DNA from: the human T2T-CHM13v2.0 reference genome, Homo sapiens
DNA length: 64,000 nt
Assembly (NCBI RefSeq): GCF_009914755.1
Contig: NC_060928.1
Direction: 5' to 3' (one strand)
This document shows, piece by piece, positions 38,395 to 54,614 of this stretch (the first letter of the stretch is position 1; every line of letters begins with the position of its first letter). A program made the translations under genes and the position numbers. The notes under the pieces were generated by a model. That model did no database searches, was not told the DNA's origin, and was given only the letters and a program-made list of their open reading frames with translations.

Positions 38395-39845
38395 TGTGGC
38401 AGGCAGAATTCTACAATGACCCCTGTATTAGTTCACTCTCACACTACCATAAAGAAATACCTGAGACTAGGTAATTTATAAAGAAAAGAGGTTTAATTGG
38501 CTTATGGTTCGGTAAGCTATACAGGAAGCATGATGCTGCCATCTGCTCAGCCTCAGGAAACTTACAACCTGGTGGAAGGCAAAGGGGAGCACATCGCATG
38601 GCCGGAACAAGAGGCAGGAGGTGCCACACATTTTTAAACAACCGGGTCTCAGGAGAACTCACTATCATGATGACAACATCAAGGGAGATGGTGCTAAACC
38701 ATTCAGGAGAAACCATCCCCATGATCCAATCACCTTCCACCAGTCCCCACCTCCAACACTAGGGATTACAGTTGAACATGAGATTTGGGTGGAGACACAG
38801 ATCCTAACCATATCATCCCCAATGACCCTTGCAGAACCCCCTCCACTGAGTTGGGGGTAGGCCTATGAATAGGATGAGATCTCTCCTGTGGTTAGGTTAG
38901 TTACATGGCAAAGGGATCTTGCAGTTGTAATAAAAGTCACTTGATCAAAAGAGAGATAAGCCAGGTGATCCTAATGCAATCACACGAACACTTTTAAAAC
39001 AGTAAGTGTTGCAGGCTGGGAGCAGACGAGGGAGTCAGAGAAATTTCAGGTGTGGAAAACATTCAACCCAGTGTTGCTGGCTTGACAGTGGAGGGAGACA
39101 CAAGAGAACGGATGCTGGTGGCCCTCAGAAGTAGACAGTGGCCCCTGATTGACACCAGCAAGGAAATGGGAACCTGAGACCTAGGGCTGTAAGCAATGGG
39201 GCTCTGTTAACAATCTGACACAACCAGGAAAGGTCTGTTAACAACCCATACAGCCTGGAAGCCGGTCCTCCCCGACGGCTCCTGCAGACGAACCCAGGCT
39301 GTCCGACACCTTGATTTTGGCCTTGTGAGAGCCAGAGCAGGGAACTCAGCAGACTCCCACCCAGGCGCCCATCTCCAGAGCTGCAAGCTGATAAATGGTA
39401 TTGTTTAAGCCTTCAAGTTGGTGGTCATTTGTTACACAGTAATATGGTTAAATTTTGTGTTCCCGCCCAAATCTCATCTTGAATTGTAATCCCCATAATC
39501 TCCACGTGTCAAGGAAGAGACCAGGTGGAGGTAATTGAATTATGGGAGTGGTTTCCCCATGCTATTCTCATGATAGTGAATGAGTTTTCATGAGATCTGA
39601 TGGTTTTATAAGGGGCTCTTCCCGCTTTGCTCAGCACTCTCTTTTCTGTGTCCTTGTGAAGAAAGTGCCTTGCTTCCTCTTCACCTTCCACCATGATGGT
39701 TAAGTTTCCTGAGGTCTTCCCAGCCATGCTGAACTGTGAGTCAGTGAAACCTCTTTCCTTTATAAATTACCCAGTCTTGAGCAGTTCTTTATAGCAGTGT
39801 GAAAATGGACTAATACACACAGCAACTCATTAGAAAACCAATACA
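38395..39845 (+). mobile_element. MLT1-type LTR carrying nested MST LTR (about 38424-38815, minus) and THE1 LTR (39440-39817, plus)
   Basis: MLT1 motifs (gacaccttgattttggccttgtgaga, gtggtcatttgttacacag) interrupted by two LTRs; THE1 TSD CACAG at 39435-39439 and 39818-39822. Confidence 0.8.
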
Positions 39846-40481
39846 TGGACTAATGCACTATTATTCGAGGTTATTCACTGAGGTTGATGATTTTTCAAGC
39901 TAGTAACACATGTGCCATATTACCCATGCTGCCTTCTAAGGATGTGTCAATTTCTTTATCAGATTTGGGATTTCCTGATAGCAGGAGCTGAGCTGGTCAT
40001 CTCCGGATCCCCCAGACCTAGCATGGATACTGAATGGAATACTTTTAGAAGATGTGAGTAGCACCTGGTAACATTGTGAAGTTGATGAAAGTTTTCTGCC
40101 ATGCTGTCATATCCTGGCATGATAGTCTGGGTGCCTGGAAACGAACAATAGCTAATGTGGATACAGTGTGAGCCGGGTGTCTGGTGCTTGGGGCACTAGG
40201 CACTTTAACCAAAGCAATCCTCATAAAAACCTTACAAGGTAGGAGTTGGTATTATCACAGCCTCAATTCACAGAAGAGGAACCAGAGGGTGGGAAGTTAA
40301 GTAACTTGCTCAAGGTCATACCATTAATTAATAGTGGAGCCCAGGTTCAAACCTAGACAGCTAGGTTCAATCTGTGTTCCCAGCCACCACATCTTCCTGC
40401 CACTTAAGACGAGGGACTCAATACATATTCACTGAAGGCAAGAAGGAAAAAAAGTAATTTACATGAATGCTAACAAGCTGT

Positions 40482-40954
40482 GTGTATTAGGTTCTCCTAA
40501 GAAAAAGAATGTGTGTATGTATAGACACATGCACACACACACACATCTATACATATACATGGAGAGAGAGAGAGAAGGCTGATTTTAAGTAATTGAGTCA
40601 ATTAAATAATTGATTTTAAATAATTGTGGAAGCTCAGCAAATCCAAATTTTGCAAGGCAGACTGACAGGCTGGAGACCCAGGGGAGAGGTGATGTTGAAG
40701 CTCTAGTCCAAAGGTTATCCAGAGGCTGAATTTTCTTGCTCTTGGTGGGTCTCAGACTTTTTCTGAGCCTTCAACTGATTGGACGAGGCCCACCCACATT
40801 ACGGAGTGTCATCTGCTTTATTTAAAATGTACTGATTTAAATGTTCATCTCATGTTAAAAACCCCTTCACAGAAACATCTGGAATAATGCTTGACGAAAT
40901 ACCTGAGTACAGACTGTGACCCAGTCAAGCTGACACATGAAATTAACCATCACA
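40482..40954 (-). mobile_element. MLT2-type LTR
   Basis: tgtattaggttctcc...cttcaactgattggacgaggcccacccacatt...aattaaccatcaca. Confidence 0.8.
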
Positions 40955-41835
40955 CTGTCGGACTCTGGGCAAGTGCCTCACTTATCTTTGAACTTTACTT
41001 TCCTTGGAAAATGAGGGATGACTTTATTTAGAGGGTTTGAGGCCAGTCTGGGCAACATAGTAAGACATCATCTCTGGTATAAAAAAACAAAACTTAGCTG
41101 GGTATGGTGGCATGTGCCTGTGGTCCTAGCTACTGGGGAGGCTGAGGCGGGAGGATCACCTGACTCCAAGAGGTCGAGGCTGGAGTGAGCAGTGATCACA
41201 TCACTGCACTCCAGTCTAGGAGACTCTGTCTCCAAAAAAAAAAAGATAAATATGTTTGGAGTCTGTTCTCCATTATAAATTTGGTGATTCATTGCTTTTA
41301 AGGGGCCAATCATGAGAATGCCAAGTCCTCTTTGCACAGGGACGTAAGAAGCTGCACGTTACAGAGGCCCAAATGTGGGTTCATGGGCAGGTCGGGGTCC
41401 CACTTAGCAGGCCTGTGATATCAAGAAGGTGCTTGACACCACGGCCTCAGTCCCCTCCTCAGATCCCTCACCCAGTTGTGGGTGTGAGGATTTAAGTGGA
41501 GGCCCAGTTTCAGACAGAGTGGCTGCTCACTCAAGGCTGGTCGCTCTCACCAGATCTGTGTCTATAGAGCACTTAGAAAATTCCCCAACTGGGAAACAGA
41601 TACCACCTTGCATTACAGACTGTATGTTTTTTACCCTTTGTTTTGCTAATAGAATGCTGAATGATTCACCAAGCAGACTTTTTAAAACAAATTAACAGAA
41701 TTGACTTAGCTAAACAAATACGTTTTTTGTATCAGTTGCATATACAACGATATATAGGTCCTTTGAAATTAGAACTTGAGACTAGTAGCCAGTTATGACT
41801 CCTGAGCTCCTAGAAAGAAAAAAAAAAAAAAACCT

Positions 41836-42170
41836 GGCCGGGCACAGTGGCTCACACCTGTAATCCCAGCACTTTGGAAGGCCAAGACGGGCGGATCACT
41901 TGAGGTCAGGAGTTCGAGAGCAGTCTGGACAACGTGGTGAAACCCCGTCTCTACTAAAATACAAAAATTAGCCGGGCGTGGTGGTGCACAACTGTAGTCC
42001 CAGCTACTCAGGAGGCTGAGGTGGGAGAATTGCTTCAACCCGGGAGGCGGAGGTTGCAGGCAGTTAGCCGAGATTGTGCCATTGCACTCCAGCCTGGACG
42101 GCAAAGCAAGACTCCATCTCAAAAAAAAAAAAAAAAAAAAAAAAAGAAGAAAGAGAAAGAAAAGAAAAAA
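41836..42170 (+). mobile_element. AluS
   Basis: Full-length Alu with long A-rich tail. Confidence 0.9.
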
Positions 42171-45100
42171 ACCCCTAAACTGCATTTTCCATCTTTCATG
42201 ATTTCTGTTATAATGAAAGATGACCAGTTTCTAGAGCTATATTATTTTCCCCCATACCTATGAAAAAAAATTTTATTGTAGTAAAATATGCATAATATAA
42301 AATTTATCATTTTGACAATTTTTACAATTTGGTGTTAAATACATTCACATTGTTGTACAACCATCACCACCATCTACCTCTAGAACTTTCTCATCTTCCC
42401 AAGCTGAAACTCTGTCCCCATTAACCACTAACTCCCCACTCCTCGCTCCCTCCAGACCCTGGCAAGCACCCTTCTATTTTCTGTCCTTTAGAGGCCCAGT
42501 TTGATTTAAAGGTTTAAACTCAAACCAGACAGTTGAACTCTCTGAGCTCACAGACCGGCTCTTTCCCTTCCCAGCTGTGTGACTTTATCTCATTTCTTCA
42601 TCTATAAAATGGAGGCCACACTTTTACCTCTCACATGGGGCTGAGAGAGGATTAAATGGTCAATATTTCCAAAGGCCCGAGGCTACTGCTGGTGTAAGGT
42701 AAGTACTGGAGATTTGCTATTATTATTTATGTAACTTCCAGCCCCACAAACACAGTCCCCAACCACCAAACACCCCACACACTAGCCTATAAGGGCCCCA
42801 GGGTCAGCGGCCTCATGGAAGGAAGAGAACGCTGGCGGAATGAGGGAATGAATGATGCCCTTGATTGCCTTTCCACTTACAACACGGTAGGTGATACGGC
42901 GTCCACAGCTGCAGCACGGTCACCATAAACAAGCATTTCCCCAGCTGGGCCATGGCCCGTGGAAACCCTGCTTCTCCCTCCAGGTTCCTGTGGACTCCAG
43001 CTTCTGGGAAGGTAAGGCTTCCTCCCTTGGGAAGCATTTTGAGTGTTTTGGCCTGTGTCCTTTCAGGAAGCCCCGTAGCCAACACACACCCCAGGGCAGG
43101 AAGTGGGTGAGAACAACTTAGACCTTGGACAGAAAGCAATTCGGAAACTGGCTCAGCCTCTTCTCGTTGCTGGCACGGCAAGCAGTGTTAAGTGTGAGCA
43201 ATTTTTTGTTTTGTTTTGAATTTGAATGGTTCCTTTTTCTCCTTCACGAGGAGGCCATGGTTTCTGAGAGTGGGGCTTGCATGTGGCAAAGAATAAGGAT
43301 GGCAAGAAGGGCGGAAGCACCCCTGAGCACTGCAGCTGCTACTTCCAGTGCACTCTCTGTTTACAACCGCCCTGGGAGATGAGAAGAAAACCTCCAGATT
43401 ATACTTGAAACGCTGAGGCTGGAAGAGGTAGACAAGATGTGGCGAAGTCACACAGCTGCCAACTGATGGGCTGGCCTGCTGGATCCCAGAGCCAACATTC
43501 TTTATGGTAGGGGAGGTGTCTAAACCATCTTTTTTTGCTGGGGACATGCAAATACATGGAAACTCACAACGGCTGTGTACTTCTCACAAACTTTCAAAAG
43601 GTGTTTTGTGAATTGAGCTAAATTCACTGCTGTGCAGGAGATGTGAGGCCCTAAACATGGTATAAAATTCTGTAACGGACACTTTACAAAAGAAGAAGGA
43701 AAGGGAAAAAAGCAGATTGAGAAATGCCACATACGTTTCCAGGCGGGGACATAGATTTCATGCCGTTACACAGCTTTCCTAACTCCATTTCACCTAGCTG
43801 GAGCTTTGGACTCTTACGTAAAGTTCCTTATTCATTTGTTCAGCAGAGATTTATTAAGCAGCCACTGCGTCTCTTGCAACTACAGAATCAGTCTTTTGAA
43901 AAATGAACCAGAAAATGTATGGAAACTAATCCTGCCTTTCTCACCAAACACACTGTAGGGATAACCTCTCTCATACGTGGGCGTCAAATGTTTACAAAAC
44001 TTGTGCCTTCCATCTGTCACTTTCCTGCTGGCCGCTGGGCCTCCGGACACACAGTTCCCCTGCCTGCAGCACTCCAAAAATATTCTATGCGCTCCCCTCC
44101 CTACAAATATTTGATGAAGGAATAGCAGAAAGAACACATTCTTTCCATGGTTTATATAAGCACCACACTCCTGCCAGGGCTATCTGTCTCAGCTTTTTCC
44201 TTTTCACGATGAATCGTACCACAGTTTGTGCCTGATGCTCTGCAGAAATTGATCTTAACACTTAAAAACAACTTTGCCTGTTGGGTACATGTCAGATGTT
44301 TTACAGAGTAATCTTCACATTTTCCTGCTTGAGCGATATATTCAGACATCCCCACACTCATTCAGCTGATGGGAATGTTGGTCTCAGCCCTTGAACAAAT
44401 CAATCAGGTAGGCTGGAGGGGCATCTTGGATTCTTCTCCAGGCTCCATCGTCAGACACTGGTTCAAAATGAATGTTCATGGCAGCCTGGTCATAGAAGTC
44501 CTGGGGTAATGTCAGTAGCACTTGATTTACTGGGCTTTTCCCTGCTGGGATCTGCTCCCGGCCACTCCACTGGCCATCAACGACTTCCTTTGAATGGTGC
44601 TAACAATGCATTTTCACGGTTAGATGTAGATTTTGTTCTGGAGTCCCAGAAGTACCTCCCTGATGTCTGGAAACCTGTGCCCCATGGATTGGCTCCAATG
44701 GGGAGGTATTTTAGAGGAATGTGGAGCCCTGCAGGCCTTGGCTCGCTATGCTTGGTCCAGCCACTTACCAGCAACAGAACTTCAGAACCACGTTGCTTCA
44801 TAGCATCATGAAGTTTTTAAGCACCACACACCTTTTCCTTTTCATTTTATCCCCAGCACCTGGCAGTGCCTGTTTCATAGTCTGTATGTACATTCATTGA
44901 AGACATGAATCTGTGAATCAACTTCTTAGCCTTATTCTCACATATTATAATGGAAAAATAATCTTTCTAGCTTGAGTAAATGATTAAGAAGATGTTTGCA
45001 ACATGCTTAATTATAGAGCTCGACACATAGTAATTGCTCAGTGAGTGGGTAATGGGCTGGCATATCACACAGCAGGAGAGGCAGGAGGGATGAAAGGGGG

Positions 45101-45384
45101 ACGATATGCTCGACTATGCCTGGCTCCTGAATATTTTGGGTGAAGACCCCCACCCACACATGTGCCTGCACCTAACCATAGGCTGCCCAAAGTGCTGCCC
45201 TGGCAGGTGAGGCACTCTGCTCTTTGTCAGAGTCAGGGATTAGGATGGAGTCGCTTCCAGATGAGGAGACGGTGGAGACTGACATTGGAGGCTGGGCGAT
45301 GGACTTCCCAGCAGAGATGTGCATGCATACTCAACGAGCTGAAGGATCTTTTTAAACATTTGTATTCAAAGTCTGTACAATTAG

Positions 45385-45738
<354 letters not shown>

Positions 45739-46273
45739 TAATGCTTTTTTATCTATGCTTTCAAAAAGTGTAACTTCCTTACCTTTAACAAATACCACTC
45801 CTGCCTAGCTCAAAGTTTGTGTAAAGAGAGAATAATACTATAGATGTGAAACCAATCTGAAAGCTGCTGGGTGCAGTGTGCACGGGGACTATGCTTGTTT
45901 TGTCCCCCACTGAGTACCCAGCACTGAGCATAGCCCTGACATGTAGTAGGTGCTCCGTGAATACTGGCTGGAAAAAATGCTTCAGTCATCACATTTGCAC
46001 TGGAAATCATCATCCTCGACACAGCAGGCCCCTTTTGGTTCTGATTATGCAAATTGGGTCCAGGTGTCTCTCTGAAGTCAGAAAATAAACTCCACATTGC
46101 AGGCCAGAGTAGAAAATGCTGCCGTTTCTTGCTGAGTCATCAAGGAGGCCTGAGAAGTTAAGATTAGGTTCTGCCAGCAACAGTTCACATGTAGCTAGAA
46201 GGAACTAAAGCTTGTGTCACTGGTATATTGAGGCAAAAGCTTCCAAAATTCCACTTGAAACACTGTTTTATAA

Positions 46274-46608
<335 letters not shown>

Positions 46609-46696
46609 CAAGGGTGGAATTTAAAATTGCACACAACAGCTCTCTGGCAAGAGTGTGGATGCATCCTGTGGAAATTGGCATTTTTGAGGGTCTGGA

Positions 46697-46920
46697 GCAG
46701 GGTGTCTGAGCTATTGACCCTATTGACACTTTGGGAGGGATATTTATTTGTTGTGGGTGGCTGTCTAGTGCACTGTAGGATGCTGAGCAGCACCCCTGGT
46801 TTCTATCCACTAGGGCCAGTAGCACCACTTCACGCCATCCTAGTCACGACAATCAAAAATGTCCCCAGACATTGCCAAATGTTTCCTGGGTGGGGGATCA
46901 CCCCTGTTGAGAAGTACTGG
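46697..46920 (-). mobile_element. MER20-like hAT element
   Basis: gtgcactgtaggatgctgagcagcacccctgg...aaaaatgtccccagacattgccaaatgt...gttgagaagtactg. Confidence 0.8.
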
Positions 46921-48003
46921 GCAACAGCAATATTTCTCATGCTAACAAATCAGCACCCATTCATTTTTATTAAGCCCCTGGTAGGCGGCAAACACTCTAT
47001 TGGGTACTTTGATTCAAAGCTCACAGATAGGAAAAATGGTCCCCACTTTACAAATGAAGAAACTGAAAGAAAGTAACTTGTTCAAGTTGAGTGATTGAAT
47101 AAATTAATGAATGTCTGACAGCTAGTGTGGTCTTGGTCACAACCAGCTCTTCTGGTTCCCTAGCTGGAACCCTGAGCCCTCCAGAACTGATTCACTGCTA
47201 ATAAATATCAATTACTCTACAGATAAAGGAAGTGGATTTGGACTGAGGGTGCCTGGAGGACTCTGAGAAAGGGCTCTGACAAATGAACTTCCCCAAAGCA
47301 AACCCTCTTTCCCGTCTGTGTTAAAGTTGGTGAAGATAAAGATGGTTTTCTAGATAGTGGCTCTGGGGACACACTGAAGACTCAAAGATTAAAATGTCAC
47401 CATGTTTCAGCCTGTTTCAGCTTCTACTCAGCTATGACACTGCTTTTATTTACCACTGCACTGTTTTCTTCATTGGGCTGTGAGGGTGGGCATGGGGACC
47501 TGTTATTCATTTCTGTTCCTGCTGGTGCCTGGCATGTAATGGGCACATGTTTTTTGGGTGAATGAATGGATAACTGAAGGGACGGAAGGGGGAGGGAGTG
47601 TGTGTTACCTCTCTTTGCTCCCTCTAAGACCTCCCCACCCGTCCATCCTTGCTTTGCCAGACCCTTGGCTAAGAAAATGCCAGCCAACACTGTGTTCTCA
47701 AGTGACTCTCAGTTCTTAGAAACAAAATGATGGAATTTCAGTATTGGAAAAATGCTTAGACATGACCTCATCCCTACCCAAGCTGGTTCATGAATCATCC
47801 CCATAAAATTCCTGGCATGCCAATTAAAACCATTCAGCTGTTCATTCATTCTTTCATTTTGCTGAACATTTGTTAGGTACCTATATCGTTCTGGAGGCAA
47901 GGAAGGATGACGATGACAATGATGACCTTGGCCTCAACGAGTCTGCATTTGTTTAGATATGGATTAAGCTGATGAACCAAAGGAATCCCCAAATTCAAAA
48001 CAT

Positions 48004-49523
48004 AGTCATGCATTGCTTAATGACGGGGATACATTCTGAGAAACGTGTGTTGGGCAATTTCAGCATTGTGCAAACATTGCTGCACAAATCATAGAGAATA
48101 CTTACACAGCCCTAGGTGGTGAAGCCTACTATATGCCTAGGCTGCATGGTCTAGCCTACTGCTACTAGGCTACAAACCTGTGCAGCATGCTACTGTACTG
48201 AACACCATAGGCAACTGTAACACAATGCATTTGTTAACACAAAGTATTCGTGTATCTAAATCTATCTAAATACAGAAAAGGGACTATAAAAATAAGGTAT
48301 AAAATAAACAATAATAAACTTGGATAGGGTACTTACAATGAATGGAGCTTGCAGGACTGGAGAGTTGCTCTGGATGAGTGAGTAGCTGGTGAGTGAATGG
48401 GAAGGCCTAGGACATGACTGTATTATACTTTAGATTTCAGAAACTCTGTACACTTTGGCTACACTCAATTTATAAAAACATATTTTATTTCTTTAATAAT
48501 AAATTAGCCTTAACTTACTATAACTTTTTTTACTTTATGAACTTTTTAATATTTTTAAACTTTTTGACTCTTTTGTAATAACATAGCATAAAACACAAAC
48601 ATACTGTACAGCTATACAAAATTTCTTTCTTTTTTTTTTTTTTTTTTTGAGATGGGATCTTACTCTTTTGCCCAGGTTGGAGTGCAGTGGCATGATCATA
48701 GCCCACAGCAGTCTCCAACTCCTGGGCTCAAGTAATCTTCCCACTTCAGCCTTCTGAATAGCTGGGATGGCAGGCATATGCCATCATGCCCAGATATATA
48801 TATATTTTTTGTATTTTTGGTAGAGATGGGGTCTTGCTATGTCGCTCAGGCTGGTCTTAAACTCCCAGACTCAAGTGATCCTTCTGTGTACCTCAGCCTT
48901 CCAAAGTGTTGGGATTACAGGCACGAGGCACCACACTTGGCCACTTTCTGTCTTTATAACCTGAATCTATAAGCGTTTTTCTACTTAAAAATTTCTTTAG
49001 AACTTTGTGTTAAAAACTAAGACACAAATACGCACATTAGCCTAGGTCTCACAGGGTCGGGATCATCAATTTCTGCTTCCACATCTTGCTCACTGGACAG
49101 TCTTAGGGGCAGTGACATGCATGGAGCTGTCATCTCCTAGGATAACAATGCCTTCTTCTAGAATCCCTCCTGGGGGACCTGCCTGAGGCTGCTTCATAAC
49201 TAACTTTTTTCTGCATAAATAGGAGGCACACATTTTAAAATAATGATAAAAGTATAGTAAGTACATAAACTTTTAACATAGTCATTTATTATCATTATCA
49301 GGTGTTATGTACTGTATGTAATTCTATGTGCTAAATTCTATGATTGACAGTGCAAGGAGGTGTGTTTACACCAGTACCACTGCAAACACGTGAGGAATGC
49401 ATTGTGCTACGAAGTCATGATGGCTGCCATGTCACCAGGAAATAGGAATGTTGAGCTCTGTGATAATCTTATTGTACATGTGGTCCATTGCTGCCCAAAA
49501 TGTCATGATGCTGCACACGACTG
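48004..49523 (+). mobile_element. Tigger3b-like DNA transposon with an internal AluJ (about 48626-48942, minus)
   Basis: Starts agtcatgcattgcttaatgacggggatacattctgagaaa, ends atgctgcacacgactg (Tigger3/MER7 terminal inverted repeats). Confidence 0.85.
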
Positions 49524-50030
49524 TTAAGTGGTATCACCAAGACAGTGTCTATCCTCTCTTAACAGTCCAGAGGCAGTAGGCGGTCCAGGTCAGGTAGGCC
49601 ATTCTGCTACATGAGGACGTCCCACACCACGGCTACTTCCTTGTGGTTGCTCTGCTACTCCCTGGAGTGCCGTCCTCCCCAGCAGGTCTTCAGGTGGTCA
49701 TCACAGCCTGCAGGAGTGGTAGGAGATGCGGTCGGTGCATATGTCATTTCTCACATCCTGTTGGCTGGAACTTAATTCCATGGCCACTCCCACCTGCAAA
49801 GGCAATTGGAACACCTAGTCCCTAGCCCAGTGGCCATGTGCTCAGCTAACACTGGAGGTGTATGTTCTATTTGTAAAAAGAAAGAAGGGGTAAGTGGATA
49901 CCATGAACAAGTAGGTGTCTCTGCCACACTGCCCAACTCCTTCATTTTTTTCAGTTTACAGATGGGGAAAATGAGGCCTATAGAAGGGAAGTGACTTCTC
50001 TCAGTGCACATGATGAGGCAGTGGCAGTAG

Positions 50031-50332
<302 letters not shown>

Positions 50333-50393
50333 AAGCAGTAGAACTTTTAAGGCCTGTCTCCTGCCCTGTAGGCCACACACTGGCTACCTCAAT

Positions 50394-50680
50394 ATAGTCA
50401 GATGTTGCTTCACCATGGGACATGGTCTGAGATATGCGTTGTCACCACATGCCAAGATGGTACAGTTGACTACATGCCCAGGCTATGTGGTGTAGCCAAT
50501 AGCTCCTAGGCTACAAACCTGTGCAGCATGAATACCCTAGGCAACTGTAACACATTGGCAAGTATTTGTGTATGCATACACAGAAAAGGTGCAGAAAAAT
50601 ACAGTAGTCTCATCTCATGGGGCCACTGTTGGGTGTGCGGCCCATCCTTGATGGAGACATCGTTATGTGTCATGTGACTG
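50394..50680 (+). mobile_element. Tigger3a (MER7A)-like short element
   Basis: agtcagatgttgcttcaccatgggacatggtctgagatatgcg...ctcctaggctacaaacctgtgcagcatg...catgtgactg. Confidence 0.8.
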
Positions 50681-52469
50681 TGTCTAGTGCCTTTTAGTAA
50701 GTCATTGTTATCACTTCTGCTACGTGTGGTTCCTGCTTTCTGAAAGAGGAGTCTCTTCTCGTTGATAGAAACGATTCTTTACATCACTGCTTCTGAGTCC
50801 TTTTCTTCAGGGAAATGGGTGGGTTCATGGAGCCTTTTAAAGAGCTGTGACAGATTTTGACTCTCTTCCTATAAAAATAACCAAATATGTGCAAGCAGAC
50901 AACACACGCACACACACACAAGTTCAAGTACAGTTTCAGAGTGTTCATGACGACTCCCTTAAGCCCCTAAGAATCCCTATAAACCCAGGCAAGAATACAA
51001 TGAAATACATTGCACAGATGTTGCGTTTGGCAGCTACGGAGCCTTCCTTCTGACCCAGCCTGGTTCACAGTACAGCTAGAATTCTCCACAGACACTTAAT
51101 TTGAGGTCACCATGGAGCTACTATGCAAATTATTTTAATGTAAGAACAAGAAGCTCAGAATTGCTGGGCTACCAAGTTCCCAACTATGAAAATGCCTCTA
51201 GGGAAGTTTTATAATGCCAAGAAATGCAGACACTCTACATTAGTAGCAATTTATGGACCCCTATTTTGAGTGAGCACTCAACGCACACACACGCACACAT
51301 AAAGACTCTTAACAATAAAAGACTGCTCTTGAAGTTATTATTTTTAAGTCATTATGGATAATTCGCTATCTGAGTGAGATGACTTTCAACAACAGAACTG
51401 GATGTGCAAACTATTTCTTATCTTGGTGTGCCACAAAACAGCCTTTATCTTTTTTTTTTTCTTTACAATGCACAATGCTGCCAAACAGAACATATTGAAA
51501 TTGAGTGCAAGCAGACGGTATTTACTCTAAGCAAACCAGACTCAAGTTTTAAATAAAATAGGCTTAACATAAACGATAACAAAATCTGATACAGCAGACT
51601 CTACAAAATGGCTTGGCACAGAAGACGCCCTGCTCCAGGGAATCACATTAGCTTCTACAGCGTGATCGTGTTACATAAAATTAAATGTTACGGCTTTAGG
51701 GTTTATGGCTCCAAATGCAAGTATGGTGATTACTTGATTGTGTTCTCAGCAAGAGGAATAGCAGCCACAAGACTCTACTCATGTACATGTAAGTCAGAAA
51801 AAGAATCCCAGTTCATATTTCTGTGCCTACATTTGGGATTTGAGAAGTAACAAGAGTCATGTGCTCAACCCCTTGTTAGAGCCACAGGAGAAGTTCTAAA
51901 CCATAATTTCCATGATCTCTCCATAGTCTACGTTCTGGGAAAGCCAAGCAGACTCAGCACATATAAGTAGTTGGTTTATATTTTATTGTTTTGCACATAA
52001 TTAGAAGAACTTTATAAAACTTCATCCATCTGTGAGCCAGGCAAGAGGGCAAGACCTGGAGCTGACTTCATCTGGAGCACAGCTGACCCCCAAGTTCCGC
52101 CATTCTCTCTTGAGGAGACTGGATGACACTTAACATAGTGTAGGAAGTAGAAGGAATGTACTTACTTCAAAATAATTCTTCCAGACCGTGTCAGTGTTAG
52201 GTGACCAATTCCTTCAGCCATGAAGAGCCATGGCTCGCATTTCTCGGGGCTTGCACCCTCAGCTGTCTGCTAAGGAGACCAAAGGGGAGCGAGGTAGAGT
52301 TTCACTTGTCATCCTTTGCATACCTGGAGGCTTCCTGATTGAAAATGAACCTTGCAGGGGAATGGGAGGAAGTCCAGTTTAGGGTGGCCAGGTTAAATGC
52401 ATGATCCCGTCCCTGACAAAAAGCAATAGAGTAGCCAATAGCTCCTAGGCTACAAACCTGTGCAGCAGG

Positions 52470-52780
<311 letters not shown>

Positions 52781-54271
52781 CCTGTGCAGCATGAATACCC
52801 TAGGCAGTACCTGAGTCTTCACTCAGATACCAGGAGGAGAAAGGAGCTCTTTTCTGTTTTCTTTTAGTAGCAGGCTTTCGATTCCAAATGTTCATTGAGT
52901 CTCCCTTGTCTCAATCCTTTCCAATAATACCTGGAAAATTTCTTTCTGTGGATATTAGAGCTCTACTTGCAAGAGTTAAGAACTGGACTCTCTATTTGGA
53001 ATGACAATGCATACATTTACTTAGTTTTCAAGCATATTTATTATGTATTATTCTGAACTGTGCATATAGTTTTGCTTATATCTCTCATAAATCTAGCTAT
53101 ATGTCTCATAGTCCTTGCAACAAATAATTCCTTTATATAGGACTGGACACCCAGAACACCTGTAAAGCTCCTGCTCTGCTTCCATGATATCTTAGCAGCC
53201 TGCTCTCTTAGGAGGTGGTGCATATACTTACTCCAGGCCAGGAGGGCCGTTTTGCTACATGAGGTTGTCCCAGACCATGGCTACTTCCATCTGGTTCCTC
53301 TGCTACTCCTCGGAGTGCTGTCCTCTCCAGCAGGGCTTCAGGTGGGCATCACAGCCTACAGGGGCGGAAGGAGAAGCAGTCGGTGCACACGGCATTTCTC
53401 ACATCCTGTTGGCTGGAACTTAGTCCCATGGCCACTCCCACCTGCAAAGGCAGTTGGAACATGTAGTCCCTATCCCAGTAGGGCTACCTGTCTTCTCGGG
53501 CTCCCAGCCCAGTGTCTGACACATAACACAAGCTCAGGGCATGTTGGCTGAAGGAAGAAATGAGAGTAAGGAAGCCTTTCCCAGGCAGCAGTCCAGCCAT
53601 TGCCTCCACATAGGTTTTTATCAGGTCCGTTTCTTGAGTTGTCTTCATGGCCAATAACAAACACGCACTGATGGTTTACAATTTACCAGGTGCTGGTAAT
53701 CCTTCTAGGCATTTAATTCTCACAGCTATTCTCGGAGGCAGGTATTCCTTCGCCAAAGGCAGTTGATCCAGCTCTCTCTCAATCCCTGCCTCTGCGAGGG
53801 CTCTTCCTTCCCATCCCTTTCTGTCTAAGCTGGCTGCCTTCTCCATCTCCCTGGCCTCTTCCTGTTGGAGTCCTAGGGTTGATCCTTGCATCTCCAAGAA
53901 AACCTTCTCCAATCTCAGGGCCTTAAACATCATCAATATGCTCAGGACTCCCAAATTGTAATTCCTATTGTCAACTTCTCTCCTAAACCTCAGACACATC
54001 TGCCCAGGGACTGCTACACACCCACCACAGACCCTTTAAATTTAACATGTCCCAGAGGGGACTCCCAATCTCCTCCTTCCCTCCCTTTGCCCTGCCACAC
54101 CAAAACACAGGGATCCAGCCCCACCCTCAGCCTCCCCTGTCTTCATCCTTCCAGTTGTTCAAGCCAAAAGATTTGAGCTATCTTTGACTCATCTTTTTCC
54201 TTCCTCCTTCAACCAACCACCAGGAAATCCGTTTAGGTTTTCCTCTATTCAAAATATGTTCAGGACTGTTT

Positions 54272-54614
<343 letters not shown>

